Shown here one piece after another: positions 29,884-44,492 of a stretch of 64,000 bases of DNA. The translations under genes and the position numbers were made by a program. The stretch's first letter is position 1; each line of letters opens with the position of its first letter. The notes below the pieces were generated by a model. The model saw only the letters and a list, made by a program, of their open reading frames with translations, did not search any database and had not been told where the DNA came from. Source of the DNA: the human T2T-CHM13v2.0 reference genome, Homo sapiens; assembly GCF_009914755.1 (NCBI RefSeq), contig NC_060926.1. One strand, given 5' to 3'.

Positions 29884-30226
29884 GTAGACAGCAATTCTGA
29901 CTCAAGACAAACTTTTTTCTTTTTTTTTTTTCATTCAAATTTACATTTAATTTCTATTTACATTCATTCAATCTGAAATTAAATAATACAGTAAACTAAA
30001 TACAAGATGAAAAGCAGAAAAGGTGTTACCCTCATAGCACTCTTAATAAGGCAGCTGAATAATTTATTTACTGATAGATGCAAAGCCAACTTGGGATAGG
30101 AGAAACAACAGTTTAAAGAGCAAACACATAGATGAACCTATCTTTCAGATGTTACTCTAGATGATCCACTGAGATAATACTTGTGCTATAAAGATAAGAA
30201 TTACACAAGAAAAAGTACTGTATTAA

Positions 30227-30559
<333 letters not shown>

Positions 30560-31040
30560 GACAAATACTTTTATGATAGTTTGTCTAGCTTGCTAGTGTC
30601 TCCTCCTATGAAAAAAGGTAGATGTTTGGACATTGATGTTTTTGAGAAATTAACCATTTTCAAAATCTATTCTTCATAAATTCAGCATTTCTCATGGGAA
30701 TAATCTTAGATCTAGCCCTTGTAAGCTAGGAGCCATATGATTAAATATTCAAAATAGGTCCTATATTAAATATATGATCCAAGGCTCAGAATATTAATAC
30801 TATATAAGATGCATCTTGTTTATAATCATTTATTACCTGTGGTAAAGAATGTTGAATTTATAGAGTATCACAGATGCATTCTCCACCCCTCCCCCTCAGA
30901 TTATCTTCTGTCTCAAAAAATAGTGTGGAAAAATCCCTCTTGAAGGATTCAAATTAGTTAAAACCATAAAAGGGGAAAAAACAACATAATTTTCCTAAAA
31001 ATCTGGTTCAAGTTCAATATTTAATACTTCACATTATTAA

Positions 31041-31379
<339 letters not shown>

Positions 31380-31574
31380 AATGCTACAAACCTTATAATC
31401 AAATTAGTAAGCTTAAGTGATTATATTTTAATTAAAAAACAGCATGTATAAAATAAAAATATTTCCTATAATAGCTGATTTTAAAGAAAATAAGTGATGA
31501 AAAAAGCACATAATCTCTTTTATATACTTACCTGGTATAATCATAAAGAACTCTCTTAGAAACTCAAGACTAGT

Positions 31575-31881
<307 letters not shown>

Positions 31882-32970
31882 TCAAGACTAGTAATACTGA
31901 CATCTTTTAAACTAGGCTTGAATTTTTACAAATAAATATAAAGAAGCAATACAGCATAGGTGTATGCTTTCTGTGACACTAATGTGACACTTGACATGTT
32001 TTCATAGTCATAGTAGGGATATCCATTTATGAAATAGAAGTTCTCAATAAACTTTCCACAGCAAGGGAAATAAATTTCACTTAATAAACGTGAAGTCAGA
32101 AAAACTTATCTATTTGTGTGGCTGGTAGGCATGCAATAAATGCTTTTTATGCAGAAAAGTTGCAGTGTTTGCCACTATTGCTGGCAGTACTAATTATGAA
32201 AACAGTTTAACTGGGGTGGTTATACCAGCCAGTCACAGCGTGCATGTTACTAGTAAATAGGACTGAGAAGGAATATTTTGGTGTATTAAGTTTCACTGGA
32301 ATTTGGTCAGGCAGTCAACACTACAGTTAGTAAATACATTTGAAAACAAGTGTCAGAGTATCACAAGCCATTTACTGTCTGAAATAATGCCTGTACATTT
32401 CAGCATAGCTTTTTGGGTTCTGGCTTTTCAGACATCACAAATTGTCAGAGAACGAGGATCTGCACTTTAAGTACAATTCTGCTCTTTATCATTATTGTAG
32501 CTTCTAATTTGCCAGCTACAGTTAATAAAGTTCTCAGTAGGCTGCTGCAATAAGGGAGGAGGGGGTCTAGAGGGAGTAATTTTTTTTAAAAAAGGCTTTC
32601 TATCCAAAGATGAACTCTTTCCGAACTTTTATCTTCATGCTTTCCAGTTTTTCTCCTCACTTTGCCTGCTTTTGATTTCAGTTCCCTCCCGTTGACCTCA
32701 TCCGGAGCATCTTTTAAATCTCCCCCCAAACCCAATTTCTTCTTTGTGTGTGTATGTTTGTTTTGTTTTGTTTTGCTTATTTTTTAATTTAACTCCAGAA
32801 ATCATTTTTCTATTAGAATGGCTTCTAAATAATTTTAGGAAATTATTTAAGAATTCTAAAAGACATTCACTTAAGAAATGTTCATTGCACTGCTATTCTG
32901 TCTAGGTTTAAATTAGCAAATATCCATGCATTTAATTATTGATAAAGCATATCCTTTGCTATAAATACAG

Positions 32971-33339
32971 GAACTGATGACTCGGTTGTTTCTGAAGATC
33001 GACTTAATGAAACTGAACTGACAGATTTAGAAGGCCAACAAGAATCCCCTCCTAAAAATTACCTTTGTATAGAAGAGGAGAAAATCATAGACCATTCTCA
33101 CAGTGATGGATTACATACCATTCATGAGCATGATCTCCATGCTGCTGCACATAACCACCACGGCGAGAACAAAACTGTGCTGAGGAAGCATAATCACCAG
33201 TGGCACCACAAGCATTCTCATCATTCCCATGGCCCCTGTCATTCTGGATCCGATCTGAAAGAAACAGGAATAGCTAATATAGCCTGGATGGTGATCATGG
33301 GGGATGGCATCCACAACTTCAGTGATGGGCTCGCAATTG
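32971..33339 (+). CDS. SLC39A10: ZIP10 coding exon: His-rich cytoplasmic loop and TM4
   Basis: atacag|GA ACT GAT ... ATT G|gtaagt. Encodes TDDSVVSEDRL...HHKHSHHSHGPCH...AWMVIMGDGIHNFSDGLAI. 369 nt, phase 1-1. Confidence 0.97.
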
Positions 33340-33917
33340 GTAAGTGGACTGGAAACCACTGTCTATGCTAATCTTATGGACTATAATATGTATGATTAAA
33401 TTTGGCTGGAGCTTAACAAATATATGGTTATGTATCACTCTGGTCAGTTGATTTTTCCCAAAGGCTACAGTTTTGTGTTCAGTTGTTACATTTGGAGGTG
33501 TAAGGGTATAATTTAGTGGGGTTTTTTAGAACACGTAAACAAATGTCTGTAGTATATTTCTTTAATAACTTGATTTCTCAAAGTAGAGTTACCATATTGA
33601 AAAAACTGCTTAACATTATATTTTCAAATGTATTTACATATCCCTAAAAGAGAACAGTTTAATTTCAATCCTAGGTTTAATAAATTTGCCATATCTTTGA
33701 AAAAGCAAAAAAAAAAATTTACAACATTGAAAATCCATTGTACTAAATTCAAATATATTAGTATCTTGCTAGAGTAAACGGATATTACCAGTTAAAGGGA
33801 ACATTAAATGTGATCAATACATAATTTTCTTTGAGATCCAGACTCTTTTAGCACCCAGAAGTAGGCTTTGGTTTCTTTCAGAAAGCGGAGACCATGTTTT
33901 TGAATTTACAGTAGCTG

Positions 33918-34053
33918 TTTTTGTTTTTTTTTTTAAATAGAGACAGTCTAGATATGCTTCCCAGGCTGGTCTTGAACTCCAGGCCTCAAGCAACCCTTCT
34001 GCCTCAGCCTCCCAAAGTGCTAGGATTACAGGCATGAGCCACCTGCTCAGCCT
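33918..34053 (-). mobile_element. Free left Alu monomer (FLAM-like)
   Basis: Single monomer, TSD ta(c/t)agtagctgtt. Confidence 0.85.
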
Positions 34054-34585
34054 ATAGTAGCTGTTAATACTAAAGAATAAATAATTCTGCTAGTAGACCT
34101 AGATGCATTTATAAATCTGACCTCAGTCCTCAATACTACCAGACAAGTAATACTTTGTGCCATTTATTTTCCAGGTCTAGGAAAGTTTTGATAAGGATGT
34201 TAGCCATTTAAATCCCTATAAAGATCAATGTGAGAGAGCAAGTACAATCTTAGACTTATAAGACTTAAAGTTGACCATCAAACCACTACTTTGAAGTTCT
34301 GAAAATTGTTACTATTCCCGAGATATTAGTGAGTTGGAAGGCTACAAAAATAGAGAATTAAATTGAATATGGAATATTGCTTTTATTGAATAGCTATTTC
34401 TCTAGTTGTTACATACTTATTATACCCCACTATATGTTCAAAAACTATAGTGTGTAAGATAAGTGAGTCACTCATATGTTAAGAAATTAATTTAGATAGG
34501 CAAAAGAAACTGCATCTGTCATTAATGAAAATGTGAAGAGTTAAGATCAGCAAACCTCACTTGTTTTTTTTCTTATCTTCCTCAG

Positions 34586-34666
34586 GTGCAGCTTTCAGTG
34601 CTGGATTGACAGGAGGAATCAGTACTTCTATAGCCGTCTTCTGTCATGAACTGCCACATGAATTAG
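34586..34666 (+). CDS. SLC39A10: ZIP10 coding exon: TM5 with LIV-1 HEXPHEXGD motif
   Basis: cctcag|GT GCA ... TTA G|gtaata. Encodes [26 protein letters not shown]. 81 nt, phase 1-1. Confidence 0.97.
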
Positions 34667-35485
34667 GTAATATAACCTTAAAAATTTTACCAGATTTCAT
34701 CAAATCTAAGACTTCCTTAATTGTAATTGCATTCAAATTTCAGAGATGTTCAAGCATAAAAAATGGCTGATGGCAACTATAGTGTCACTAATTGTAAGAT
34801 ACTTCATGATGTTAAAATATGAAAAAAAAAATGCTCCTTAAGATTGATGAAATGTTCATTTCTGTGTGGTTTCCTTTGCATTCAATAACATAGTTATGCT
34901 GTTATAATGAAGATTATAGATTATGACTGGTTCACTAAGTATAACTTTTAAAAAGAAATATTTCTTAAATGCCACATTTTGCTGTTAATCTACTTTTATT
35001 TCATATACCATGTAGACTATATTTTTAAAAGAATCAGGGTAAAGTTTGTAATTACATAATTGAAAGTTGTCCTAGATGTACCTAAGGCAGTCTTTCTTCA
35101 TAAATAATAGAAAGTTAATATTGATGTTCAAAAATGTTACCTGGATGGTTATTAAAGATAGATAGGTTCTTAACTCGGTTACTAACCAGCACTGAGGTTT
35201 TAGAGTAATCATTTATTTCCAAAGCTCTTATTTTATGAAGTAAGAAGGTTGGATGATTTCTGTTTTCATTTTATATATTTTAATATTATAATCTTAATAC
35301 CCAAAAATCTAGTATGTGTTTCTTATGTGATTTTGGTCGAATGGAACTGAATACTCAAAAAATAATCTTTAAAAACCTATATTTTTCTTTTTTCATTTAA
35401 AAAAATGTTTTCTTGTTTATTGATACACTTTCAACTATAGTAATCATATATATTATGTTGGACTTCATTCTTTTTTTTTTTCGAA

Positions 35486-35558
35486 TGCATTTCCCATTTG
35501 CCCTTAGAAATGAGCGCTAGAAATGAGCTGCACTTTTTTTTTCTAAAAGGGAAATGGG
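35486..35558. mobile_element. piggyBac-derived MITE (MER75A-like)
   Basis: ~73 bp with termini (tg)catttcccatttgccc ... aagggaaatggg and degenerate TTAA-like flanks. Confidence 0.65.
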
Positions 35559-35949
35559 TTACTTCCTCCTCGCTTTGATTCGCTTTCCTGATACAACCCT
35601 TGTGTTTCTTACCTTATGTTACTTATTACTGTGTTTTAAAACTCTCCATCCCGATTACGATGAGTTAATTTAATCTGTTGTTTCTGCCCAGTACTCAGAA
35701 ATGTGCTTTCGCCACATTTTACATATGTAGCACCTGTTATTGGACACAGCACGTGGCCTTTAATTTCCTCCCATCAGAGATAGTGCATTGAACATTTCTA
35801 GACTTGATACCTGTCGACTTCTCTGAGATATACACTCAGAAACAGAATTGACAGGTCTAGGGTATGCATGCTAAAGCAGTATGATTTCCAAACAGCAATA
35901 TCTGAAAGTTCTTGTTGCCACAACCCTCCCAGCACTTGGCATTAACTTT

Positions 35950-36560
35950 CTTTTTTTTTTTTTTTCTTTGAGACAGAGTCTTCCTCTGCTGCCCAGGCTG
36001 GAGTGCAGTGGCATGATCTTGACTCACTTCAGCCTCTGTCCCCTGGGTTCAAGCGATTCTCATGCCTCAAGCCTCCCAAGTAGCTGGGACTACAGGCATG
36101 GGCCACTACGCCTGGCTAATTTTTGTTTTTTTTTTTTTTTCGAGACAGAGTTTTGCTCTTGTTGCCCAGGATGGAGTACAATGGTGTGATCTCGGCTCAC
36201 CTCAACCTCCGCCTCCCGGGTTCAAGTAATTCTCCTGCCTCAGCCTCCTGAGTAGCTGCGATTACAGGCTTGTGCCACCACGCCTGGCTAATTTTGTAGT
36301 TTTAGTAGAGACGGGGTTTCTCCATGTTGGTCAGGCTGGTCTCGAACTCCTGACCTCAGGTGATCTGCCTGCCTCGGCCTCCCAAAGTCCTGGGATTACA
36401 GGCATGAGCCACTGCGCCCGGCCATAATTTTTGTATTTTTAGTAGAGACAGGGTTTCACCATGTTGGCCAGGCTGGTTTTGAACTCCTGACCTCAAGTGA
36501 TCTGCCTGCCTCGGCCTCCCAAAGTGCCGAGATTACAGGTGTGAGCCACTGCACCTGGCC
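35950..36560 (-). mobile_element. Alu-in-Alu: outer AluS split by inner AluS (36121-36423)
   Basis: Outer TSD ttaacttt. The inner element sits in the A-rich linker with taattttt duplicated. Confidence 0.9.
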
Positions 36561-37280
36561 TTAACTTTTTCTTTTTTACCAAGGTAATGGATGTAAACCA
36601 TTTCTTTTTTATTTTAGTTGGTATTTATTGGTTTACCAATTTAGTTTCTCTCCACATGCAATACTACTTTGGTTTTCTTCTTTTATAAATTAAAAAACAG
36701 TAGCTTAAGATGTAAATACTCATTCACATGGAAAATATCTGAGGGAAATGGAGATGGCATTAATTTGAAAGAAAAAATGCTAATGCCACCTTTCGAATAT
36801 GCAAGGGATTTCTTCATGTGTTTTCTAATTTAATTTTTCTGAAAACTCACCTGGCTATGAAATGTCTGTCATTTGACTGTGCGTAATTGTCTTGATTTGT
36901 AGTATTTGCTCATTTTGAATAGAACTTATCATATAAATTTCTTGAAAAATCAATAACTTCTTACATAAAGCAGTAAAAATATATTAGTGCATACTTGGTG
37001 CTAATTCCTTGGGGCTTGATTCTGTATGGTTTCATTTACCTTGCCAACTTCAGACACATAATCTTATCTCTTGTTCATGCCCATTATCCTTTATCCAGAC
37101 CAAGTCATCACCGCCTTTGTGGTGTTTTTGCTTAGACAGTTTTCATAGTCTTTATATCTCTGGTTTTATTCTGTTGTAGTATATCATTGCCAGACATATC
37201 TGCTTAAATGTGATGTTCTTATGTAATTAAAGTCTTCCAGTAGCTTTCCTGACATATAAAATAGAGCTGGATTTTATATA

Positions 37281-37573
37281 TTTTTTTCCCCCTGTAACAG
37301 GGTCTCCCTCTGTTGCCCAGGCTGGAGTGCAGTGGCTTGATCACGGCTTAGTGCAGCCTTGACCTCCTGGGTTCAAATGATCCTTCTACCTCAGCCTCCT
37401 GAGTAGCTGGGACTACAGGCGTGCACCACCATGCCCAGCTAATTTTTGTATTTTTGATAGATAGGGTGTTGTCATGTTGCCCAAGCTGGTCTTGAACTCC
37501 TGGGCTCAAGTGATCCACCTCCCTCAACCTCCTAAAGTGCTGGGATTACAGGTGTGAGCCACCACGCCCAGCT
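37281..37573 (-). mobile_element. Alu (J-type)
   Basis: Full dimer in reverse orientation. Confidence 0.88.
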
Positions 37574-38230
37574 ATGAGTCACACTTTCAATGACCTTCAC
37601 TTCTTCTCTCTACCTAGCTTTTTAGTGTTACCTGCAGTACATCCTGTTACATGTTTTTCATTTCAACTAAATGCAATTCACCAAATGTGTAGTGTGGGTG
37701 CCTGAATCTGTTTCCTTGTTTATACCATTCTCCTACATGGCTGGCCCAAATACTTCTATTCCTAGTTTATCATGTTAAGAATCTTCAACTTTATTACTGT
37801 CTTTTACCTCATGCCTTGGATTACTGTTTCCTCTTAGTTTTATTGTTTGCTTTCTCGGGGTCCTTCACCCATTTTCTTGTTAGATGCCGTATTTCTTAAA
37901 CTGTAGTTTTTTAATGCACAGATACGACGTCTTATGCTCTTCTCTAACTATCACATACTGCTGTTGGTCTATCACATACTGCTGTTAGCCTAACTCCACA
38001 AATCAAGGCTATCAGTTTTTATATATGAGTTAACATGTTGCCTCATATTTAATCTTTCACTTAAAAACTATTTTTAGTAATAGACTTGGATAATCACGCA
38101 TACACCTCCATAATATACTAGAAAAACCTCCAACTTTCCTTCCTGTTCATCTACCCACTACCTGGTAAATGGAGTGTCAGGCTACTTCAAGTTTAAGTGT
38201 GGTTTTACTGAATTGCCATAACCTTGAAGG

Positions 38231-39380
38231 ATTCACTCAGACACAGAATTGAAAACAAGTTGGAGATTAAGGATGGTTACCTTCTTACCACCCTTTTTCT
38301 GTCTGCAATTTCTCATTGAAGGAGTGACACACAAGGGCTGATAACCACATGTAGAACAAATGCATTACATACATTAATAGCTAGGGAAGCCCTTGATACC
38401 CAATGCAGAGCTCTGGTAAAAAACTGGAGCGGAGAACTCTGCTTGGACCAGGAACCCCTAGTGAGACATTCAGACCTCAGATGTCTACCTGTTTTATCCC
38501 ACAAATCAGAGGCTGAGATGTTGCTACTGCTATGAGAAGATATGTCAAGCCAGAGTATACTGAATTTTGCTAGAGGGAAAGGAGTGGGCTTTTAGAAAAT
38601 GTGCATTTTTCCTAATGTTAAATTGATGTAAACTATACCATACTGTAGCTGGATAGGCTACTAGGGAAGAAACAGTGTAAAGAAATGACCCAGCTTCCTC
38701 TTCTGGAGGTGACAGAAAGGGCTCTGGTCCTTGTATCTATCAACAAGTTAGGAAGTGGTCTAGGGACCATAAATAAAGGAAGTAAAAATATGATTGTGGA
38801 GCCTAGTTTTTGCCTTAAGGCACAGCAAAGGGCACTTTTTGTACAATAGGACCAGGTCAGTGTCCCTACTCTGATCAGATCATCTATTCTTACTCGGAGA
38901 GGAACAGGATGTGGAGAAAGGCATACAAGCTTCTTCCTCAGAACTCCCAAGCACAGGGAAAATCATTCCTCTATAGGTTGAGTTAGAAGCATGGGCAGAT
39001 AGAGCCAGGGAGAAGTCCACTTCCCACTTTCTAGGTTAAGATGTTGACAAAGTAGTATAGTATGTCACATTTCAGGATAATTTATTTGATCTAAAACCTA
39101 TTTTGCCCTGTTACATTTTTCATTATGAATTCTTAAAACAATTCTGAGATTTCCATACTGACCTCAGACCCTTGGAGGAAAAACATGTTTTCCAATTACA
39201 TTGCAATACATGGAGACTGACCCTCAGTTGGTAATTCCAAGTTCTAGTGTTCCCTTTCTGAACAGATTGCTGTTTTTCCAGTGGTATATTCACTGAGACA
39301 CAGAATTGAAAACAAGTTGTTTTAGAGATTAATGATGGTTACCTTCTTACCACTTACCCCTTTTTCTCTCTGCAGTTTCT
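38231..39380 (+). repeat. Pair of ~85-bp direct repeats ~1.06 kb apart (38231-38313, 39288-39380)
   Basis: attcact(c/g)agacacagaattgaaaacaagttg...gagattaa(g/t)gatggttaccttcttaccac...tctgca(a/g)tttct occurs twice. Confidence 0.9.
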
Positions 39381-40099
39381 GCAGGTGTTTTTTGTAGTTG
39401 TGTTTAGGAATGTGATACGTAAAGACATATCCTTAGAACCATAGAATAACATATAGTTCAGGGAATTTGACTGTAAGAGACATGAAGAAATTGAAAGCAT
39501 TTGAGGAAATAGCAAACTCACATCTCATTTTGTGTTTGCTCTCTGGTGTGGTAATGGGTTAAATTGCCTGAATTACTAAGTCACTACTCTCTTTTCTGTG
39601 TTTGCCGAACTTATGTAGCTGAATTTAAGTTACAATACTACTTTGTCTTATCTCTTCACTGTTTTCCACCTTCCTTCAATAAGGAACTGTATAAGCATTT
39701 GAAGAATAATTTACATAAAAGCCTGTAGTAGGAGGAGGCCATCTATAGGTAATGTAATGTTGGGGACCATCCAGAGGGCAGGAGGAAGACAGCCGCTTCC
39801 AGGTTTGAACTCAGGACAGATCAACCACCTGAGTGTCGTCTGCACTCTCAGAACAGCCCCAGAGTCTTGGACTCCACCAGGGTTTCACAAACTCCTGCCG
39901 GAATTCTGAGACTCCCACAGAGAGGCTTTTGACTGTGGATGGATGCAGAATTATTCTTGTGGATGTTGGGATATGAGTGGGTCACCTTCCATTTTGACAT
40001 CTTGGTCTATCACAATTTCCCAAACATTCTTCTTGATGTTGAGTAATGTGTTTCAACTTCAAGGAAATAACATTTTGATTAAAAAAAAAAAATACAGCC

Positions 40100-40265
40100 A
40101 TGGGGCAAGGGTTAGAAAACTTACCTATTGGGTACTGGGTACTATTGTGTAGTATACCAGGGTGACCAGTCATACCCCCACACCTCAGCATCACATAATA
40201 TACCTCTGTAACAATCCTGCACATGTACCCCATGCTTCTAAAATAAAAGTTGAAAAAGAAAAAAA
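40100..40265 (+). mobile_element. L1 3'-terminal fragment (L1PB/L1MA-type)
   Basis: ggggcaagggttagaaaacttacctattgggtac...cctgcacatgtacccc...aaataaaagttg. TSD approx. a(c/t)agccat. Confidence 0.8.
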
Positions 40266-40789
40266 TATGTAGCCATATTATTAAGACTCAATTAAGAGAG
40301 GTTATAGTGTTGTACATTTTTCCTTTCTGTCAAATTAAGGATTACATAGAAATTTAAAATAAGATTTTCATAATGTGTTAAATTGTCCACAGGAAATTGA
40401 ACATTCATTGTATACATTTATGTAGAATTTTAACATGTATACAACCATTATTTAAGACAAGAATAAAGAACCTTAAAATATATACATGTTTTAAAAAATC
40501 TCAGTAGTGGATGTTAACAGATGTTAACATCTGTAGCATTGGATCTCATTAGTTTAACAGCTTTGGCAGGCACACCTCATTCATTGTGCTAATGATATCC
40601 CTTGTCAGCAGGAAGGAAAGAATATTGATTTATCAAAAGATGAATAGATTTGCATGTTTACTATAAATCCCTGCTGTGAGGATTCCTTTGACTTAGTTTT
40701 AAAATGTTTATACAGGTTCTCACTGAGAAGGGAAATGAGGAAAAAGAGAAAAATATGCAGATACCTTTGAGAATTTATAACCTGAGATA

Positions 40790-42430
40790 AGACTACAACC
40801 AAGATAGATTTTAAAATGAAATAATTCACTTGATACAAAGATAAGTATACAAAAATCATTTGTATTGCTATATACTAGTAATCAACAGTTGAAAATAAAA
40901 TTTTTAAAAGGATCTACTTATAATAGCATCAAAAATATGTAATATTTAGCTTAAATCTAACAATATGCATAGACCTACAAATCATCAGTAAAAGAAACCA
41001 AAGGAGACTTAAATGAAGAGCTATACCAGGTTCAGGGACCAGAAGACTATTGTTAAGATGTTAATTTTTTCCTATAGACACAGTGCATTCTCAGTAAAAA
41101 ATCCAGCAGGCTTTTTTGCAGAGATGAACAGCTTTTTTAAAAATTTTATATGGAAAGGGGAAGGAACTTGAATAGCCAGTAGAATTTTGCAAAAGGGCAG
41201 CAAAGTTGATTTAAGATTTACTATAAAGCCACCGTAATCAAAACAGTTGGAATTGGTGAAAGAGTAGACACATAAAGCAGTGGAACAAAGCAAAGAGTCC
41301 TCACATATATGGCAATTAATCTTCAACAAAAGTACAAAGAAAATTCCATGTTGAAAGGATGGGATAGTATTTTCAACAAATGGCGCTGTAACAATTGGAC
41401 ATCTACATGCAATTAAAAAAAAAGGAAGAAAGAAAAATACCTTTGACCCATATCTCACTATAGAAAAAACAATGAACTCAAAGTAGGTAATCTAAATGGA
41501 GATTCTTAAAAATAGAAGAAAATATAGAATATCTCTGTGTCTTTGGGTTAGGCAAAGTATTCTTAGATACAGCACTAAGCATACTCCATTAAGGAAAACA
41601 GTCATAAAATACACTTCTTACAAATTAAAAACTCTTCACAAAAGACAGTTAACAAAAAGGGAAGCCACAAACTGGGACAAAATATTTGGACAATACATAT
41701 CTGACAAAAGACTTCAATCATAGTAAAACAAACAGCCCAACAAAATAAAATAGACAAAAAGACTTGAACAAATGTTTCACTGAAGAAAGTATACAGATGA
41801 GATTTCAGATGCTGGATTTCAAATTGTGGGCTGTCAAGGATGTGGAACAGCTAGAGCTCCTATACATTGCTGGTGGGGATGCAATTTCTTATAAAATTAG
41901 AAATATGCTTAACTGTGTGGCCCAGTGTCCCCACTTAATAGGTGTCTGCCCAAGAGAAATGAAAACTTATGTTGACATAAAAGCCTGTTTGTGAATGTGT
42001 GCAGTGGCTTTCTTCATAATTGCCAAAAACAGTGAACAACTTAAATGTTCTTTGCTGGTGAATATAGATAAATAAACTATGGTTCATCTATGGAATATTA
42101 CTGAGCAATAAAATAATTTTCTGATATACACAGTAACACGAATGAGTCTTACATGCATTATTCTAAGTGAACAAAATCTAAACTTGAAAGACTACATACT
42201 GTGTGCTTCCATTTAGATGATGTTCTGGTAAAGGCAAAATTACAGGAACAGAAAGCAGATTGTTGGTTGCCTAAGGGCAAGTGGCCTAAAAAAATTTTGG
42301 AAGGGTAATGAAAAAGTTCTAGAGTTTAATGGTGTTTATGGTTATAGGGTGTATGTGTTTGTCCAAATTCATAGAAGTCTACATTTTTAAAAAATGAAAT
42401 AGTTGTGTAATTATACCACAGTTTTTAAAA
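40790..42430 (+). mobile_element. Highly decayed L1M (MC/ME-type) ORF2 3' part and 3'UTR
   Basis: Colinear L1 ORF2 remnants and an old-L1 3'UTR (agactacatactgtgtgcttccattt...aaaggcaaaa). Confidence 0.75.
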
Positions 42431-44019
42431 GTATTAAATGAAAATAGTTCGCCTTGAATCTTGATTTGTTAATTCATGCTGTTTGGTTGTTACTTAGGAA
42501 GGAACTTAAACCATCTTGCTATGGCAACAAAGTTGGTGTATTTTGTACCCATGACACCGTTGTTCATTGAGTATTAAATAATGCTCATTTTTAAACGCAT
42601 TATTAAATTATAAAAGGAAGCAATGCATTTTGTAATCTAAAAGACACTTCTGTAGTCTCAGTTTGTTTTACATAACCTGCTAAATGAAATTGCCTCTTTA
42701 GCACAGTTGGTGTGTGATTTATTGAAAACAAGGAGAGGAAATTTGTTAGGGAAGTTAGGGAGCTCTTTCCACAGAGAAAAAGCTGAGAAAGACTGGAGAA
42801 AATTAACGAAACTCCAGGAGAGAGAAGAGATAAAAGCTGATATTAAATCCGGGTCTCAGCAGGAGAATTAAGGTATTTAGGATCAGAGGAGAAAAGATGT
42901 AAGGAGAATAGCATTAGGTGAAAACTGGACAATTACAACTTAGAAACCATTGGTAGATAATCTCCTTAGGTACATTATCTTAACTTTCCAAAACAATGCT
43001 GCAGTGTTTAGTTTGTAGCAATTTGTTGGAAGGCAGAAATAAACCTTGCAGTAATTTCTTTATTGTTAACTTCTCCTTGTTATAGACTATGAACCTTGTA
43101 ACCATGAGAGGTATAGAAGAATAATAGATCATGTATTTTTAGATACGTAGCTGTTAAGATCCTTAAGGGAAAGAAACAAGCCCAGTTAGTATTCTGTATC
43201 GCACCTTGCATATGCTGAGTGTTCAATAATTGATTAGATGTTTGTTCATGTAGTAACTGAAACAAAATTATTATAGTATGTAAAGCTAATGGGTTTTTTT
43301 CTTTCATACCTCTTCAAGGTGGAACAAGCTATTGCTTTCGACCCATTAGCTTCAATACTATTATTATCTCTAGCATCATTTTGTCCTTCCACTGACACTT
43401 CTCTGAGCAATATTTTTTTCCCCCTAATGTTCCAACTTCATTATTTTTCATAGGCACTAGTCAAGCTTGCAGATAATGTTCCAACTTTAGACAGATGAAT
43501 AAGAAAAGTGCCTTTCTTCTTATTTGGAGGGAGGGGGTGGCGGGAGGAGAGTCCATTGAGGATCCTTAGAAAAAGCATTTCAGTATTTTCCCTCCTGTGA
43601 GTTTTTGTCTTACATCAGCTCTGTGGTCATGGATGATTTCACAGTCACCAGTGTCACCATTCTTCATCAGCACAGTTAGAAACAGACTTTGGAGTATGGC
43701 TTAATAAGAACCTGGCATTTGCTCTATTTTCAGCATTGTCGATGCTCTTCGGAGCCTCAGCCAGATATTTATGTGCATCATTGTAGAAGCACGGAAAAGT
43801 GGTAGGAAGAGCTCTTCATTCTTACTACATTTTTAGAATTTTCAGGATTAAAGTTTTTCTTTCTGGGAAAAAAAAATAACTGTAACCATAGCATAAAATA
43901 TACTTAAAGCACCTGTTACCTCTGTTCTTCCTTAGGCCATTTCCCTTTGAAGAAAGGGTAGAAGTTCGAGCAGGGAGGTCTTGATTGTTGGTTACAAGAA
44001 GAGCGGTGACCATGTTTTT

Positions 44020-44340
44020 TTCTTTTGTAAAAATTTGACATTTAAGTTGTACAGTAGAATTGACTTTTTTTGTGAGTACAGTTCTTTGAATTTTAACATA
44101 TATATAGATTTCTGTAATCACTGCCACCATCAGGATCAGAGTAGCTTTGTCACCCCCAACAACCCTTGCCCCGTGCTCTTCCTTTAGAGTCGCAGCTCTC
44201 CACCATCTCTGTCCCCTGGCAACCACTAACTGTTCTTCATTATTATAGTTTTGTCTGTTTCAGAATAGATATATAACCTTTCAGATGGACATCTTTCAGT
44301 ATCATGCCTTTGAGATTCATCCAAGTTTTTGCATGCATTA
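44020..44340 (-). mobile_element. Old L1M 3'UTR fragment
   Basis: tgtgagtacagttctttgaattttaaca...cccctggcaaccactaa...ttgagattcatcca. Confidence 0.7.
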
Positions 44341-44492
44341 TGGTTTAATAAGTAAAATATTTTATATATCACATAAAATACTGTTATTAAAAGTGTGTAT
44401 CTTTTTAATGCTGATTTTATTTGTTTTCTCCTTTCAGATTTGTGTTTTAAATCCTGTGGTTTTAAAACATTCCCATTGTTTCTTAATTGCAG

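Noticed and set aside
37948-37986. 18-bp tandem duplication ctatcacatactgctgtt x2
   Set aside because: An ordinary slippage duplication with only two units; not an array.
38633-38950. 105-aa minus-strand ORF between the direct repeats
   Set aside because: No ATG start, no recognisable domain and no convincing splice context.
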